This document shows, one piece after another, positions 1 through 7,648 of a stretch of DNA of 64,000 bases. How positions within the stretch are numbered: the first letter of the stretch is position 1; each line of letters starts with the position of its first letter. Location of the stretch: IMG/VR virus record IMGVR_UViG_3300011118_000005, positions 2,682 through 66,681 of that record. One strand, written 5' to 3'. The notes below the pieces were generated by a model. It was given only the letters and a program-made list of their open reading frames with translations, was not told the DNA's origin and ran no database searches. Origin of the DNA: a virus. The position numbers and the translations under genes are program-made.

Positions 1-10
1 ACTGTCGGTA

Positions 11-469
11 TCATTCGTGACTCTTATCCAATACTATGTCTAATATAAAGAATATCAAAAGTACACAGAGTGCGACCATACAGCACACTATGGTTGCTAC
101 AGCTAATGTAATAAACACCGGGTGCATTGGCTGCTCCTCGGACTCCTCTAGCGCCCATTTGTATGATACAGGTATGTACGATGTTCCCCAATTATGACCA
201 ATCGTGAATAGTGTGGCCGAGAATTGTCCGCTTCTTTCGTCCGTTCGCACCGACCATTTATTTGAGGCAATGCGGGTAACTTCCAGGTCGGAAGTAGTCG
301 TCCAAATCCTTACGTCTTGGTACCTTGCGGGGAACCGCAGATATGGCATAGAGAAGATCAAAGAATCGCTTGTCGAGCCCGCTTTTGAAGTAACTTCTAA
401 GCAGTTTTCTGTGGGCGTCAGCGGAGTGGGCTGGTTCGCGGTCAAGGCTAATAATATAATTGTAATCAT
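11..469 (-). CDS. hypothetical membrane protein
   Basis: 152-aa ORF with hydrophobic N-terminus and a long C-terminal hydrophobic segment. Confidence 0.55.
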   Translation of the reverse strand: MITIILLALTANQPTPLTPTENCLEVTSKAGSTSDSLIFSMPYLRFPARYQDVRIWTTTSDLEVTRIASNKWSVRTDERSGQFSATLFTIGHNWGTSYIPVSYKWALEESEEQPMHPVFITLAVATIVCCMVALCVLLIFFILDIVLDKSHE

Positions 470-531
470 TTCTTATTTTTTTCAGATCCTCGAATAGTTT
501 CTTCCGCCTGTCCTCAATCGACATTTTAGCG

Positions 532-714
532 CTATGGGGTTTGATTGAAACTGGTATCAATGGCATTAGCCGAACTATCGAAACTTCCTGCTGTAGCATA
601 CGAAAGCAATTGAATCGAGAATAGACAAGCTCCGACGATGAGCGATAGCATGACAGCATACTCAACAGTCGTAGGACCATCTTCGCTCGACAAAAAATTC
701 TTGATAAAACGCAT
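532..714 (-). CDS. flp: Flp family type IVb pilin
   Basis: MRFIKNFLSSEDG/PTTVEYAVMLSLIVGACL: short leader, Gly cleavage site, EY Flp motif at +5/+6, hydrophobic helix. Confidence 0.85.
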   Translation of the reverse strand: MRFIKNFLSSEDGPTTVEYAVMLSLIVGACLFSIQLLSYATAGSFDSSANAIDTSFNQTP

Positions 715-738
715 AGTGTACTCCAAGGGTCAAATTTA

Positions 739-978
739 TTATTGATTATCTAAGGAACAGCATATATCCGTTATGCCGGAGTTCAATTCCTCCCTTAAAT
801 CTCTTACCTCTTCTGATGCGCTACCTACGTTATCGGCGAGTCGATTCACCGCCTCAATCAGTGGGTGCAGTAAGGAAGCCACTTCCCCATACTCCAGAGG
901 GGAACTAGGCATGGATAAATTCTCCAGGGCTTTTACACCGTTCGTCATCATATCGAAGTCTTGTGCACTCCAAGTCAT
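739..978 (-). CDS. hypothetical protein
   Basis: 79-aa ORF preceded by an AGGAGAG RBS. Confidence 0.55.
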   Translation of the reverse strand: MTWSAQDFDMMTNGVKALENLSMPSSPLEYGEVASLLHPLIEAVNRLADNVGSASEEVRDLREELNSGITDICCSLDNQ

Positions 979-998
979 AGTTCTCTCCTAAGTTAAAG

Positions 999-1315
999 TG
1001 GAGGCGTGGGGAATCGAACCCCAGTGCCGTAATCTCTCCATGTGAGCGTCTACAAGTTTGTCTGCTAACCGCAGCGGCTCGGTGGCCACCTTGAGCGGCT
1101 TACTTTAAGTTACCTGACAGCCGCAGTCAGGACCGAGCCACATTGGTGACGGGCATCAGAGGCGTTGTGGCGACCCCTCTGGACCCGGCTGCTAGGCAGC
1201 GAGTGCGTAGTTTGCTTCAGCGCTTGAAGGTTCTGGTCGGCTTTTTAAGTGGCCCGCTGACCAACCACTACTTGCAACTCACACTTTGACAATCCGGTCG
1301 ATACCAGTCGCCCCC
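999..1315 (-). ncRNA. ssrA: tmRNA, tag peptide (A)AEANYALAA
   Basis: 5' GGGGGCG pairs with 3' CGCCTCC-A including a G3.U Ala determinant; T-arm TGGGG-TTCGATT-CCCCA; internal frame GCT GAA GCA AAC TAC GCA CTC GCT GCC TAG at 1221-1192; CCA not fully encoded. Confidence 0.95.
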
Positions 1316-1322
1316 TCTACAG

Positions 1323-1541
1323 TCAGATTAGAAGATGCTCATTGTCCACGTACCGGTCGATACCTTGACCAAGGAACGCCTCACCGTCCGGGTCGGACTT
1401 GTTCAGCAGCGCGGCGATGACCATAGCATCATACTCATGACACTCCAGTATCGTGAAGGCTCCCCTTGCACTTGAGTACATGACGAAGCTGGTACACTCC
1501 GAGCCTCCCTCAGTCTCTACATAGTAATGTGGCATAATCAT
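1323..1541 (-). CDS. hypothetical protein
   Basis: ORF with AGGAG RBS directly upstream of the tmRNA. Confidence 0.55.
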   Translation of the reverse strand: MIMPHYYVETEGGSECTSFVMYSSARGAFTILECHEYDAMVIAALLNKSDPDGEAFLGQGIDRYVDNEHLLI

Positions 1542-1563
1542 ATAGTTTTTCTCCTGTATCTAT

Positions 1564-1592
1564 ATAGTAGCTTACGGAATCCAAGGAGTCAA
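1564..1592 (-). promoter_or_regulatory. sigma70-type promoter upstream of the small ORF and tmRNA
   Basis: TTGACT-17bp-TACTAT. Confidence 0.6.
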
Positions 1593-1593
1593 G

Positions 1594-1974
1594 TTAATTC
1601 CGGTGTAATTGCTGCCAATCGCTCTTGAGGATTTCCCAGCTATCGAAGTGCATACGGCCAAATATTTCGGCCAAAGCCTCACAGGCGTCCCTAGCGTACA
1701 CGACGCACTCGATGCCTTCTGGCATAGCCTCCATTTTAGTAGGTGGGAACTCTCCCTTGATGGGCCACACTTGCGGCCTGTCTTCATCAGCATCCTTGAA
1801 GTAAACTACAAAGGGCCGCTCATTAACACCGCAACGGTTCATACCGTTCAACTTAAAATTGAGCACCCGGAGACCGGGAGTCTTACCGGTTTGGATGTAC
1901 CCCATGCCAGACGCGACACCCAACACTTCGCCGTCACCGCTCACTACAACATGTACTGTATCGCCAGTATTCAT
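1594..1974 (-). CDS. hypothetical protein
   Basis: 126-aa ORF in the coupled minus-strand gene run. Confidence 0.6.
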   Translation of the reverse strand: MNTGDTVHVVVSGDGEVLGVASGMGYIQTGKTPGLRVLNFKLNGMNRCGVNERPFVVYFKDADEDRPQVWPIKGEFPPTKMEAMPEGIECVVYARDACEALAEIFGRMHFDSWEILKSDWQQLHRN

Positions 1975-2297
1975 TACGATCCTCCTAAGATTAGTTCTAC
2001 GTTGATTGGCTCATCGCACAAAGCACACTTCTGGTATGTGGTACCAGTCTCTTCCCAGGTGATGTTGCCCTCCAAGATCGAGCCCGCGAGATAGGCTCCA
2101 CGAATCCTAGCAGCCCGCCTTTTCTTCTTGAGGCGGGCCGTCCTACACTTCTTGCCTCCGACACGGTCCTTCCGCGCGACTGCCTTGTCTTGCTGGTGGC
2201 GGGTCTTTGGCATCTTGGGCGGCTTTTGGTCGGTGAACCAACATTCCCTACCAGCGCCATCGGCGATAACCAGGGTCTTGCCTTCTAGGTCGATCAA
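1974..2297 (-). CDS. hypothetical basic protein
   Basis: Lys/Arg-rich ORF with AGGAG RBS and C-terminal CxxC. Confidence 0.55.
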   Translation of the reverse strand: MIDLEGKTLVIADGAGRECWFTDQKPPKMPKTRHQQDKAVARKDRVGGKKCRTARLKKKRRAARIRGAYLAGSILEGNITWEETGTTYQKCALCDEPINVELILGGS

Positions 2298-2307
2298 TGG
2301 ATTCTCC

Positions 2308-2868
2308 TTAATTCTCAGCAGTAATCTTGTTTTTTAATGAGTCCGATAAAGGTGTGGTTATAACCTGCTTGTCAATCTCAACGAGTTCACCGTCTATAAT
2401 GGTTTTCTTGTAGGTAGTCTCCTGTCGATGCGTAGCGCGGTTGCTAGGCATCCCGTTTGCCATGCTACCAATGTATACTACCTCTCGCCCAGTAACCGCA
2501 GCTTCCTGTTTCAGAAGTTCATTCAGTCTCTCGGCGGCAATCTCCTCAGCGTGCGATTCGTCTTTGGCCCAGAACACACATAAGGCTCCTATATAGTCTC
2601 CCCAGCTAAGTTCCTTCCACTCGTGCTCCATACAGTCATTGGAGACCCTTTTCAATCGATCTCCGGTCTGGCCATAGGCATTTTTGATCTCATAGGTGTA
2701 CTGCCACAAGTCCATTGGCTCAATATCAGGCAACTTCTGATCGAGTCCATGGTCTTCAACGTAATCATAGTTGTAATAATTGCGGAAGGCTTCTGCATCC
2801 TCTTCGGTAGAAAACACGCCTTTGATAGTGTAATCCGAATAGTCGCCATGTGTTACAATGTAAATCAT
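2308..2868 (-). CDS. hypothetical phage protein
   Basis: N-terminal IYIVTHGDYSDYTIKGVFSTEEDAE, a common small phage domain. Confidence 0.65.
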   Translation of the reverse strand: MIYIVTHGDYSDYTIKGVFSTEEDAEAFRNYYNYDYVEDHGLDQKLPDIEPMDLWQYTYEIKNAYGQTGDRLKRVSNDCMEHEWKELSWGDYIGALCVFWAKDESHAEEIAAERLNELLKQEAAVTGREVVYIGSMANGMPSNRATHRQETTYKKTIIDGELVEIDKQVITTPLSDSLKNKITAEN

Positions 2869-2875
2869 TTCTTCC

Positions 2876-3064
2876 TTATCTCCCAGATACAGACCGAGAC
2901 CCAGACCCAGACCCAGACCAAGACAAAAACCCAGACCAAGACCAAGACAAAAACCCAGGCCAAGAACAAGGCCAAGAATCAGATCCAGACCTAGATCCAG
3001 ACCTAAACCGAGACCTAGACCTAGACCCAGACCAAGACCGATATTTATATTTTTTGGATTTCAT
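2876..3064 (-). CDS. Ser-Arg/Trp/Gly dipeptide-repeat protein 4
   Basis: MKSKKYKYR followed by SWSGSRSRS; start overlaps the upstream stop (ATGA). Confidence 0.6.
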   Translation of the reverse strand: MKSKKYKYRSWSGSRSRSRFRSGSRSGSDSWPCSWPGFLSWSWSGFLSWSGSGSGSRSVSGR

Positions 3065-3237
3065 CGTTTACTCCAAGACCCAGACCCAGACTGAGACCGA
3101 GACCCAGACCAAGAACCAGCCCACCACCAAGATGGAGACCAAGACCCAGATCGAGACTGAACCACAGACCTGGACCCAGACCAAGACCTAGATAAAAACC
3201 TAGATAGAGACCGATATTTCTGTTTTTTGGATCTCAT
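3061..3237 (-). CDS. Ser-Arg/Trp/Gly dipeptide-repeat protein 3 (58 aa, below the ORF-track cutoff)
   Basis: Manual translation MRSKKQKYRSLSRFLSRSWSGSRS...SGSGSWSKR*. Confidence 0.6.
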   Translation of the reverse strand: MRSKKQKYRSLSRFLSRSWSGSRSVVQSRSGSWSPSWWWAGSWSGSRSQSGSGSWSKR

Positions 3238-3240
3238 TAT

Positions 3241-3429
3241 TTATGTCCCAGACCGAGACCAAGACCGAGACCAAGACCGAGAACCAGACCGAGACCAAGA
3301 CCGAGACCAAAACCAAGACCAAGACCAAGGCCTGCACCGAGAACAAGGCCCAGACCCAGACCCAGACCGAGACCAAAACCAAGACCAAGACCAAGGCCCA
3401 AACCGAAATTTCCGTTTGTTAGATTTCAT
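3241..3429 (-). CDS. Ser-Arg/Trp/Gly dipeptide-repeat protein 2
   Basis: MKSNKRKFR followed by WSWSWFWSRSGS. Confidence 0.6.
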   Translation of the reverse strand: MKSNKRKFRFGPWSWSWFWSRSGSGSGPCSRCRPWSWSWFWSRSWSRSGSRSWSRSWSRSGT

Positions 3430-3676
3430 AGTTGCCCCTAGACCTAGACCGAGCCCAAGACCCAGACCCAGAACCAGACCGAGACCAAGACCAAGACCCA
3501 GACCGAGACCAAGACCAAGTCCCAGACCGAGACCCAGACCGAGACCAAGACCTAGACCAATACCTAGACCAATACCTAGACCAAGACTCAGGTCCAGACC
3601 AAGACCAAGACCGAAACCCAGACCGAGACCCAGACCGAGACCAGGGGCGATATTTATTTTTCTTAGAAGTTGTCAT
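3419..3676 (-). CDS. Ser-Arg/Trp/Gly dipeptide-repeat protein 1
   Basis: MTTSKKNKYR followed by WSRSGSRSG; ATGA overlap with the upstream gene. Confidence 0.6.
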   Translation of the reverse strand: MTTSKKNKYRPWSRSGSRSGFRSWSWSGPESWSRYWSRYWSRSWSRSGSRSGTWSWSRSGSWSWSRSGSGSGSWARSRSRGNYEI

Positions 3677-3933
3677 TTCACATCGCCGAATGATTCAATT
3701 GCCGAGATCTGCACGTATGCCGCTTTTCCCGGCAATTGTTGAGCATCTCTCCATCCTGGATCAGAAAAAGATCCAGTCTCATACACAATTGAGGCATCTT
3801 CCAATTTGATGCAGGTATCATTGATACCGACCAATTTGCCAGTGTAAATATAATTCATACACCAGACGGCAATCGGGTTTCCGAGGTATGCTGCCAATCC
3901 TTCATTCTCATTGTCTTCAACAATTACTTTCAT
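3673..3933 (-). CDS. putative Sm/Hfq-like fold protein
   Basis: 86 aa; LGNPIAVWCMNYIYTGKLVGINDTCIKLEDA resembles Sm1 and YVQISAIESF resembles Sm2. Confidence 0.55.
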   Translation of the reverse strand: MKVIVEDNENEGLAAYLGNPIAVWCMNYIYTGKLVGINDTCIKLEDASIVYETGSFSDPGWRDAQQLPGKAAYVQISAIESFGDVK

Positions 3934-3963
3934 CTCAAAATCTCCAGGTCAAAGGGGTTAAAA

Positions 3964-4530
3964 CTAACTTCGCTTCCTCTCGATTATGTTGTGCCCAGGG
4001 CAATCTTTCAGGTACCAAAAAAACTCATCAGCGATCCAGGGCCGATAGTCGCCCAGGTAGCTCTTGGCGTGGTCCACCCCCACGTCCATTGAGCGGCGTC
4101 CAGGAAGGCCCAGCGACATACATGCCTCATATACCGCATTGTGGTGGACGTGTCCGTAGGCGTGATATGTGCCGTAGTGGCAGCGGTCCCAGTAGGCCGT
4201 AGGGTAGTGGCAGCACCAGACTCGCTTGTCTCCGACTTTGATCATCTTCTGTTGCCACACATTGCCACCGAAGACCGCGCGGGTCTTACGCTCGTTGTCA
4301 TGGTTTCCCAAGATGAAGAACGTATGTCGGCACCTGATTTGAGGACGCCAGCGCCCAGGCTTCTTGTAGGCGAAGTCTCCCAGAATCACTAGCGTATCAT
4401 TTCGGTCAACGTGACTGTTAATCTGGTCCAGGAGATGCTCATCGTGCTGTTTGCAATCCACGAATTGTGGCCTAGTCTCCTTGACTAGGCCCTCACAATT
4501 GAAATGTGTGTCGCTGGTGAACCAGATCAT
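3964..4530 (-). CDS. calcineurin-like metallophosphoesterase
   Basis: SDTH, LGD, GNHD, HYP, YGHVH motifs. Confidence 0.9.
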   Translation of the reverse strand: MIWFTSDTHFNCEGLVKETRPQFVDCKQHDEHLLDQINSHVDRNDTLVILGDFAYKKPGRWRPQIRCRHTFFILGNHDNERKTRAVFGGNVWQQKMIKVGDKRVWCCHYPTAYWDRCHYGTYHAYGHVHHNAVYEACMSLGLPGRRSMDVGVDHAKSYLGDYRPWIADEFFWYLKDCPGHNIIERKRS

Positions 4531-4952
4531 GCTTCTTCTCTCGGCAGTCTTAATCGCTGTCGCAATTGTTCGATAAGTATCTTAGACGATGGCTCATAAA
4601 CCCAGCCAAAAGCTAACAAGAACTTTAGCATCTTTTCATGTAGTTCAGCGGTTGGCATCCTTTTAGGTAGTTTAATAGGTGGATCTCCTGTTACCTTATA
4701 GGTTTTTACTTTCATGCCGGAGTTCGGGTCTGTCTTGACGCCAGTAGTCTTTAGGACACCCATCAACTCTAACTCTCGCACACGGGGCGCTATCCTGCGG
4801 AAGTCTGTAGGCACTCTTCCAAGGACTCCGCAAACATCGGCTTGAGAAAAATTCTCCGGCAGCTTGCAGGCACACTCCAGGACTTTTGCTCGGGCCTTTG
4901 ATATGCGACCATCAGATATTGCTTCGTAATATGCCTCAATTGAAGTATTCAT
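4527..4952 (-). CDS. winged-helix DNA-binding protein (paralogue of 9973-10383)
   Basis: MNTSIEAY start; PRVRELELMGVL wHTH-like motif. Confidence 0.6.
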   Translation of the reverse strand: MNTSIEAYYEAISDGRISKARAKVLECACKLPENFSQADVCGVLGRVPTDFRRIAPRVRELELMGVLKTTGVKTDPNSGMKVKTYKVTGDPPIKLPKRMPTAELHEKMLKFLLAFGWVYEPSSKILIEQLRQRLRLPREEA

Positions 4953-5148
4953 ATATTTCTCCAGGCCCAGTTTATCGAATAATATATTGAAGCATAGTGC
5001 CGACGTTCACGTTCTTCCAGTCTTTGTCGGACCCATTTGTTCATTTGGAAATTTGGATCTCTCCGGGCCTGCATTATGGCCTCTGGGCTATCTGAATATT
5101 GTAGCAGTTCTAATTCTCGGCTTGTCATAGTCTACAGAACTCCTTATC

Positions 5149-5688
5149 CTAAAATTCATACCCGGTTAGCAGAAGATCGGTGGCGAACCGTTTAGCCACT
5201 GCCGCCTTAGTCACATCGTTGTAGTACACTCGGTAATCTCGGTCTCGCTCCAGCACGCCATAGGGCTCGGTTTTCACCGGCTCCATTCCGGCTTCTAACA
5301 TGAGATTGTGGAGATCCTCTTCCAAATTCTCGAATCTCAGTACACGATTCGCCCATTGCAGACCGTAGTAGTACGGGTCATTATCCTCTACGTAGTATCC
5401 GCTTTTGAACCCGCCTAGCACATAGGGCTCAAATTCTCCAGGCTTCGTCCGTACCCCACGCTCCTCAAAGTGCCAATTGAAATACCAGGATACTGCGAGA
5501 TCGAATGGATTACGAATGGTGCAGGCAACAATGCCTCCATCTGCAAGGATCTGCTCGCATCTTTTAGGGACCGCAGTGTGGTGCCCGTCGTGAGTATCAC
5601 ACCCAGCAGCCACTAGCGCCTTTCCAGTGGCCCGGCTCGCCGTGCGAGGGTGCCCAATAAAGGCAAACTTGTCGCCTAGCACATACAT
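5149..5688 (-). CDS. sulfotransferase-family-like protein
   Basis: FIGHPRTASRA (PAPS loop-like), IRNPFDLAVSWY, LRFENLEED, DYRVYY...DLLLTGYEF. Confidence 0.75.
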   Translation of the reverse strand: MYVLGDKFAFIGHPRTASRATGKALVAAGCDTHDGHHTAVPKRCEQILADGGIVACTIRNPFDLAVSWYFNWHFEERGVRTKPGEFEPYVLGGFKSGYYVEDNDPYYYGLQWANRVLRFENLEEDLHNLMLEAGMEPVKTEPYGVLERDRDYRVYYNDVTKAAVAKRFATDLLLTGYEF

Positions 5689-6785
5689 TCTTCATCCTCC
5701 CAAGGATACGTGCCGTCGACAGTATGGTAGGCGTCGTACATTCGTTGTACTACCTGCTTCACTTCTTCTTTATCCCAATTCAGTAGCATACGCTTGGACC
5801 AATTGCCAGCCCACGTAGTGGCGGCATCGCAGTAGCGAAGATTCCGCGCGTGGTTCTCCTGGATTTCCTTGCTCGGAATTTGTTTGCGTAACGCACTCAT
5901 CTCCTCGCCCATCGCATTTGCTGTACCTTTCCACAGTTCGATTGTTCCTTTGGCTTTTGCCAATTTAGCTACTAATAAATTGACGCCCTCTCTGTCGGGA
6001 ACCTGTTTGCGGGCTTCTTGTAAACTATCTTCCAACAACGCTATGTAATCCATTGTTCTTTTGTAGAACTCCAACTTCTCCTCAAGTTCTTTTACCCTTT
6101 CCTGCAAGACAATTCCTTCGCCTGCCATTACCTCATTTGAGGCAGCTATTTCGACCCAATATCTTATTGCTTTTTTACAGGCTTCCAATTCATTCACTAA
6201 TTTGTACTCTCTGTCGGGAACCTGTTTGCGGGCTTCTTGTAAATCCTCCATGTTTGAGCCAGCTATATTGACCCACTGTTCCACTGTTCTTTTGGAGATT
6301 GCCAATTTCTCCTCAAGTTCTTTTATCCTTTCCTCTAAAGCATGATTGTCGGTCACTTCCCGGCAAGCATTTCGATTCCCCAGCAGGCTATAAATACGAT
6401 GATATTGATCATTGTATAGCCGGGCTTTCTTGACCCAGAAAGTGCGCTCCTTTTGAGCCTCAGTCACGTCGTCGTTCAAGTCATTGACTTCGTCTTCCAG
6501 TTCATCGATCCGATCTTCATTACCTTCAATGATACCATTCAAGGCGGTTATCTCTTTTTCACATTTGGTGACGTACTCAGAACCATCTTGAATGGACTCA
6601 AGCTGGTCATTAGCCTTATCCAGTTCGCACTTTGTGTCCTGCAATTCTTGCTCAGCAAACCTCAAATCCGTGGTTCTGTTCTCCAAGATTTTAGCGAGGC
6701 GGGCCGTTTCATGGTAAGCAGAAACGGACCTTTTTTCTATCTCTTTTTCTACAAGTTGGTCAATATGGTCAGTTATTTCACTCAT
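5676..6785 (-). CDS. coiled-coil protein with internal ~73-aa duplication
   Basis: Heptad-rich; ER[IV]KELEEKL...LQEARKQVPDRE occurs twice. Confidence 0.7.
   Translation of the reverse strand: MSEITDHIDQLVEKEIEKRSVSAYHETARLAKILENRTTDLRFAEQELQDTKCELDKANDQLESIQDGSEYVTKCEKEITALNGIIEGNEDRIDELEDEVNDLNDDVTEAQKERTFWVKKARLYNDQYHRIYSLLGNRNACREVTDNHALEERIKELEEKLAISKRTVEQWVNIAGSNMEDLQEARKQVPDREYKLVNELEACKKAIRYWVEIAASNEVMAGEGIVLQERVKELEEKLEFYKRTMDYIALLEDSLQEARKQVPDREGVNLLVAKLAKAKGTIELWKGTANAMGEEMSALRKQIPSKEIQENHARNLRYCDAATTWAGNWSKRMLLNWDKEEVKQVVQRMYDAYHTVDGTYPWEDEECMC
5988..6243. repeat. 37-bp exact direct repeat (5988-6024, 6207-6243) within a 219-bp periodic duplication
   Basis: ctctctgtcgggaacctgtttgcgggcttcttgtaaa present twice. 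Confidence 0.9.
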
Positions 6786-7086
6786 AGTATCCCCCATCGG
6801 CATCGCAGTCATCTGCGTAATCGTGTAAGTAGGTATGGTCAAATTCATTTTCCAGGTGGAGCCAAGCCAGTTCCTGAACATCCTCTTCCCAGGAGTTAAA
6901 TTCTCCTCGCTTCAAGTCATACTCCACGCCTATGACTCTATTGACCTGGACTCCAGTAATCTCTATATCACCTCCCTCTGGAGGGTCCATGTAGGTAGCA
7001 GGTATCAGTAGACTCCGGTCGAACTCTACAGTGACCTCAACAGTGAGAGCGTTAAGGTAAACCTTTGTATCAAAACTATACGTCAT
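6778..7086 (-). CDS. hypothetical protein
   Basis: Acidic ORF with PATYMDPPEGGDIEI; start at MTYSF inferred. Confidence 0.55.
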   Translation of the reverse strand: MTYSFDTKVYLNALTVEVTVEFDRSLLIPATYMDPPEGGDIEITGVQVNRVIGVEYDLKRGEFNSWEEDVQELAWLHLENEFDHTYLHDYADDCDADGGYYE

Positions 7087-7570
7087 AATCTTCCTTTGTC
7101 CAGCGGTCGAGTAAATTTTCCAATGCTTCACCAAGCTCTCCGGAGCCCCAACCCATTTCACAGTCGTGCAAAAAGTTTTTTAGCAGGAGCAAATCTGTTT
7201 TATAGCAGTCATGGTCCTTTTCAGCAATGTTCTGCCGTCTCCATTCGTGTAATCTTTTCAGCGCTTGGGCGTGATTCTTCCTATGCTTTACCACAACCGC
7301 CCACAAATTCTTTTCCTTGGCCCTGGCCCGTTCCTTTCTTTTCTTAGCGTCCCTGGCCTTTTTCTTGGCGGCGTTAGCGGACCTCTCTACTTGCATTTCG
7401 CTGGATTTCTTAATACTCATCCCAGCCCTTTTCAGCGCCTCAATCGTCTTGGCTTGTCTTACTATAGCATCAGGGTCGCCTGCCTCTACCTTCGCTTGAA
7501 ACTCCTGTTCCTGTATTTCACACTTCTGTGTGAACCCAGCCAGCCAGTTTAATTGTTGTGGTATTGCCAT
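7076..7570 (-). CDS. hypothetical basic protein
   Basis: 164-aa ORF in the gene run. Confidence 0.55.
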   Translation of the reverse strand: MAIPQQLNWLAGFTQKCEIQEQEFQAKVEAGDPDAIVRQAKTIEALKRAGMSIKKSSEMQVERSANAAKKKARDAKKRKERARAKEKNLWAVVVKHRKNHAQALKRLHEWRRQNIAEKDHDCYKTDLLLLKNFLHDCEMGWGSGELGEALENLLDRWTKEDYDV

Positions 7571-7583
7571 ATCATAATTCTCT

Positions 7584-7642
7584 AAAAGGGGTGGGGGCGG
7601 GTGGTGGACAAGGCCACCCGCCCCAAGTTCACCGCACCCCCC
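7584..7642 (-). terminator. intrinsic terminator
   Basis: GGGGCGGGTGG/CCACCCGCCCC stem nested in GGGGTG/CACCCC, followed by TTTT. Confidence 0.7.
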
Positions 7643-7648
7643 ACACCA

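Larger units (their letters stand above)
2880..3650. repeat. degenerate hexamer array (TCT-NGG on the minus strand) in four blocks
   Basis: Tandem agacca/agaccc/agaccg/agacct units separated by short AT-rich segments that encode the conserved N-termini. Confidence 0.95.

Noticed and set aside
2623-3809. Plus-strand poly-PR, poly-DQ and poly-TQ ORFs and the minus-strand poly-VL ORF
   Set aside because: Open frames are a by-product of the stop-free hexamer repeat; only the Ser-x frame has conserved leaders and translational coupling.
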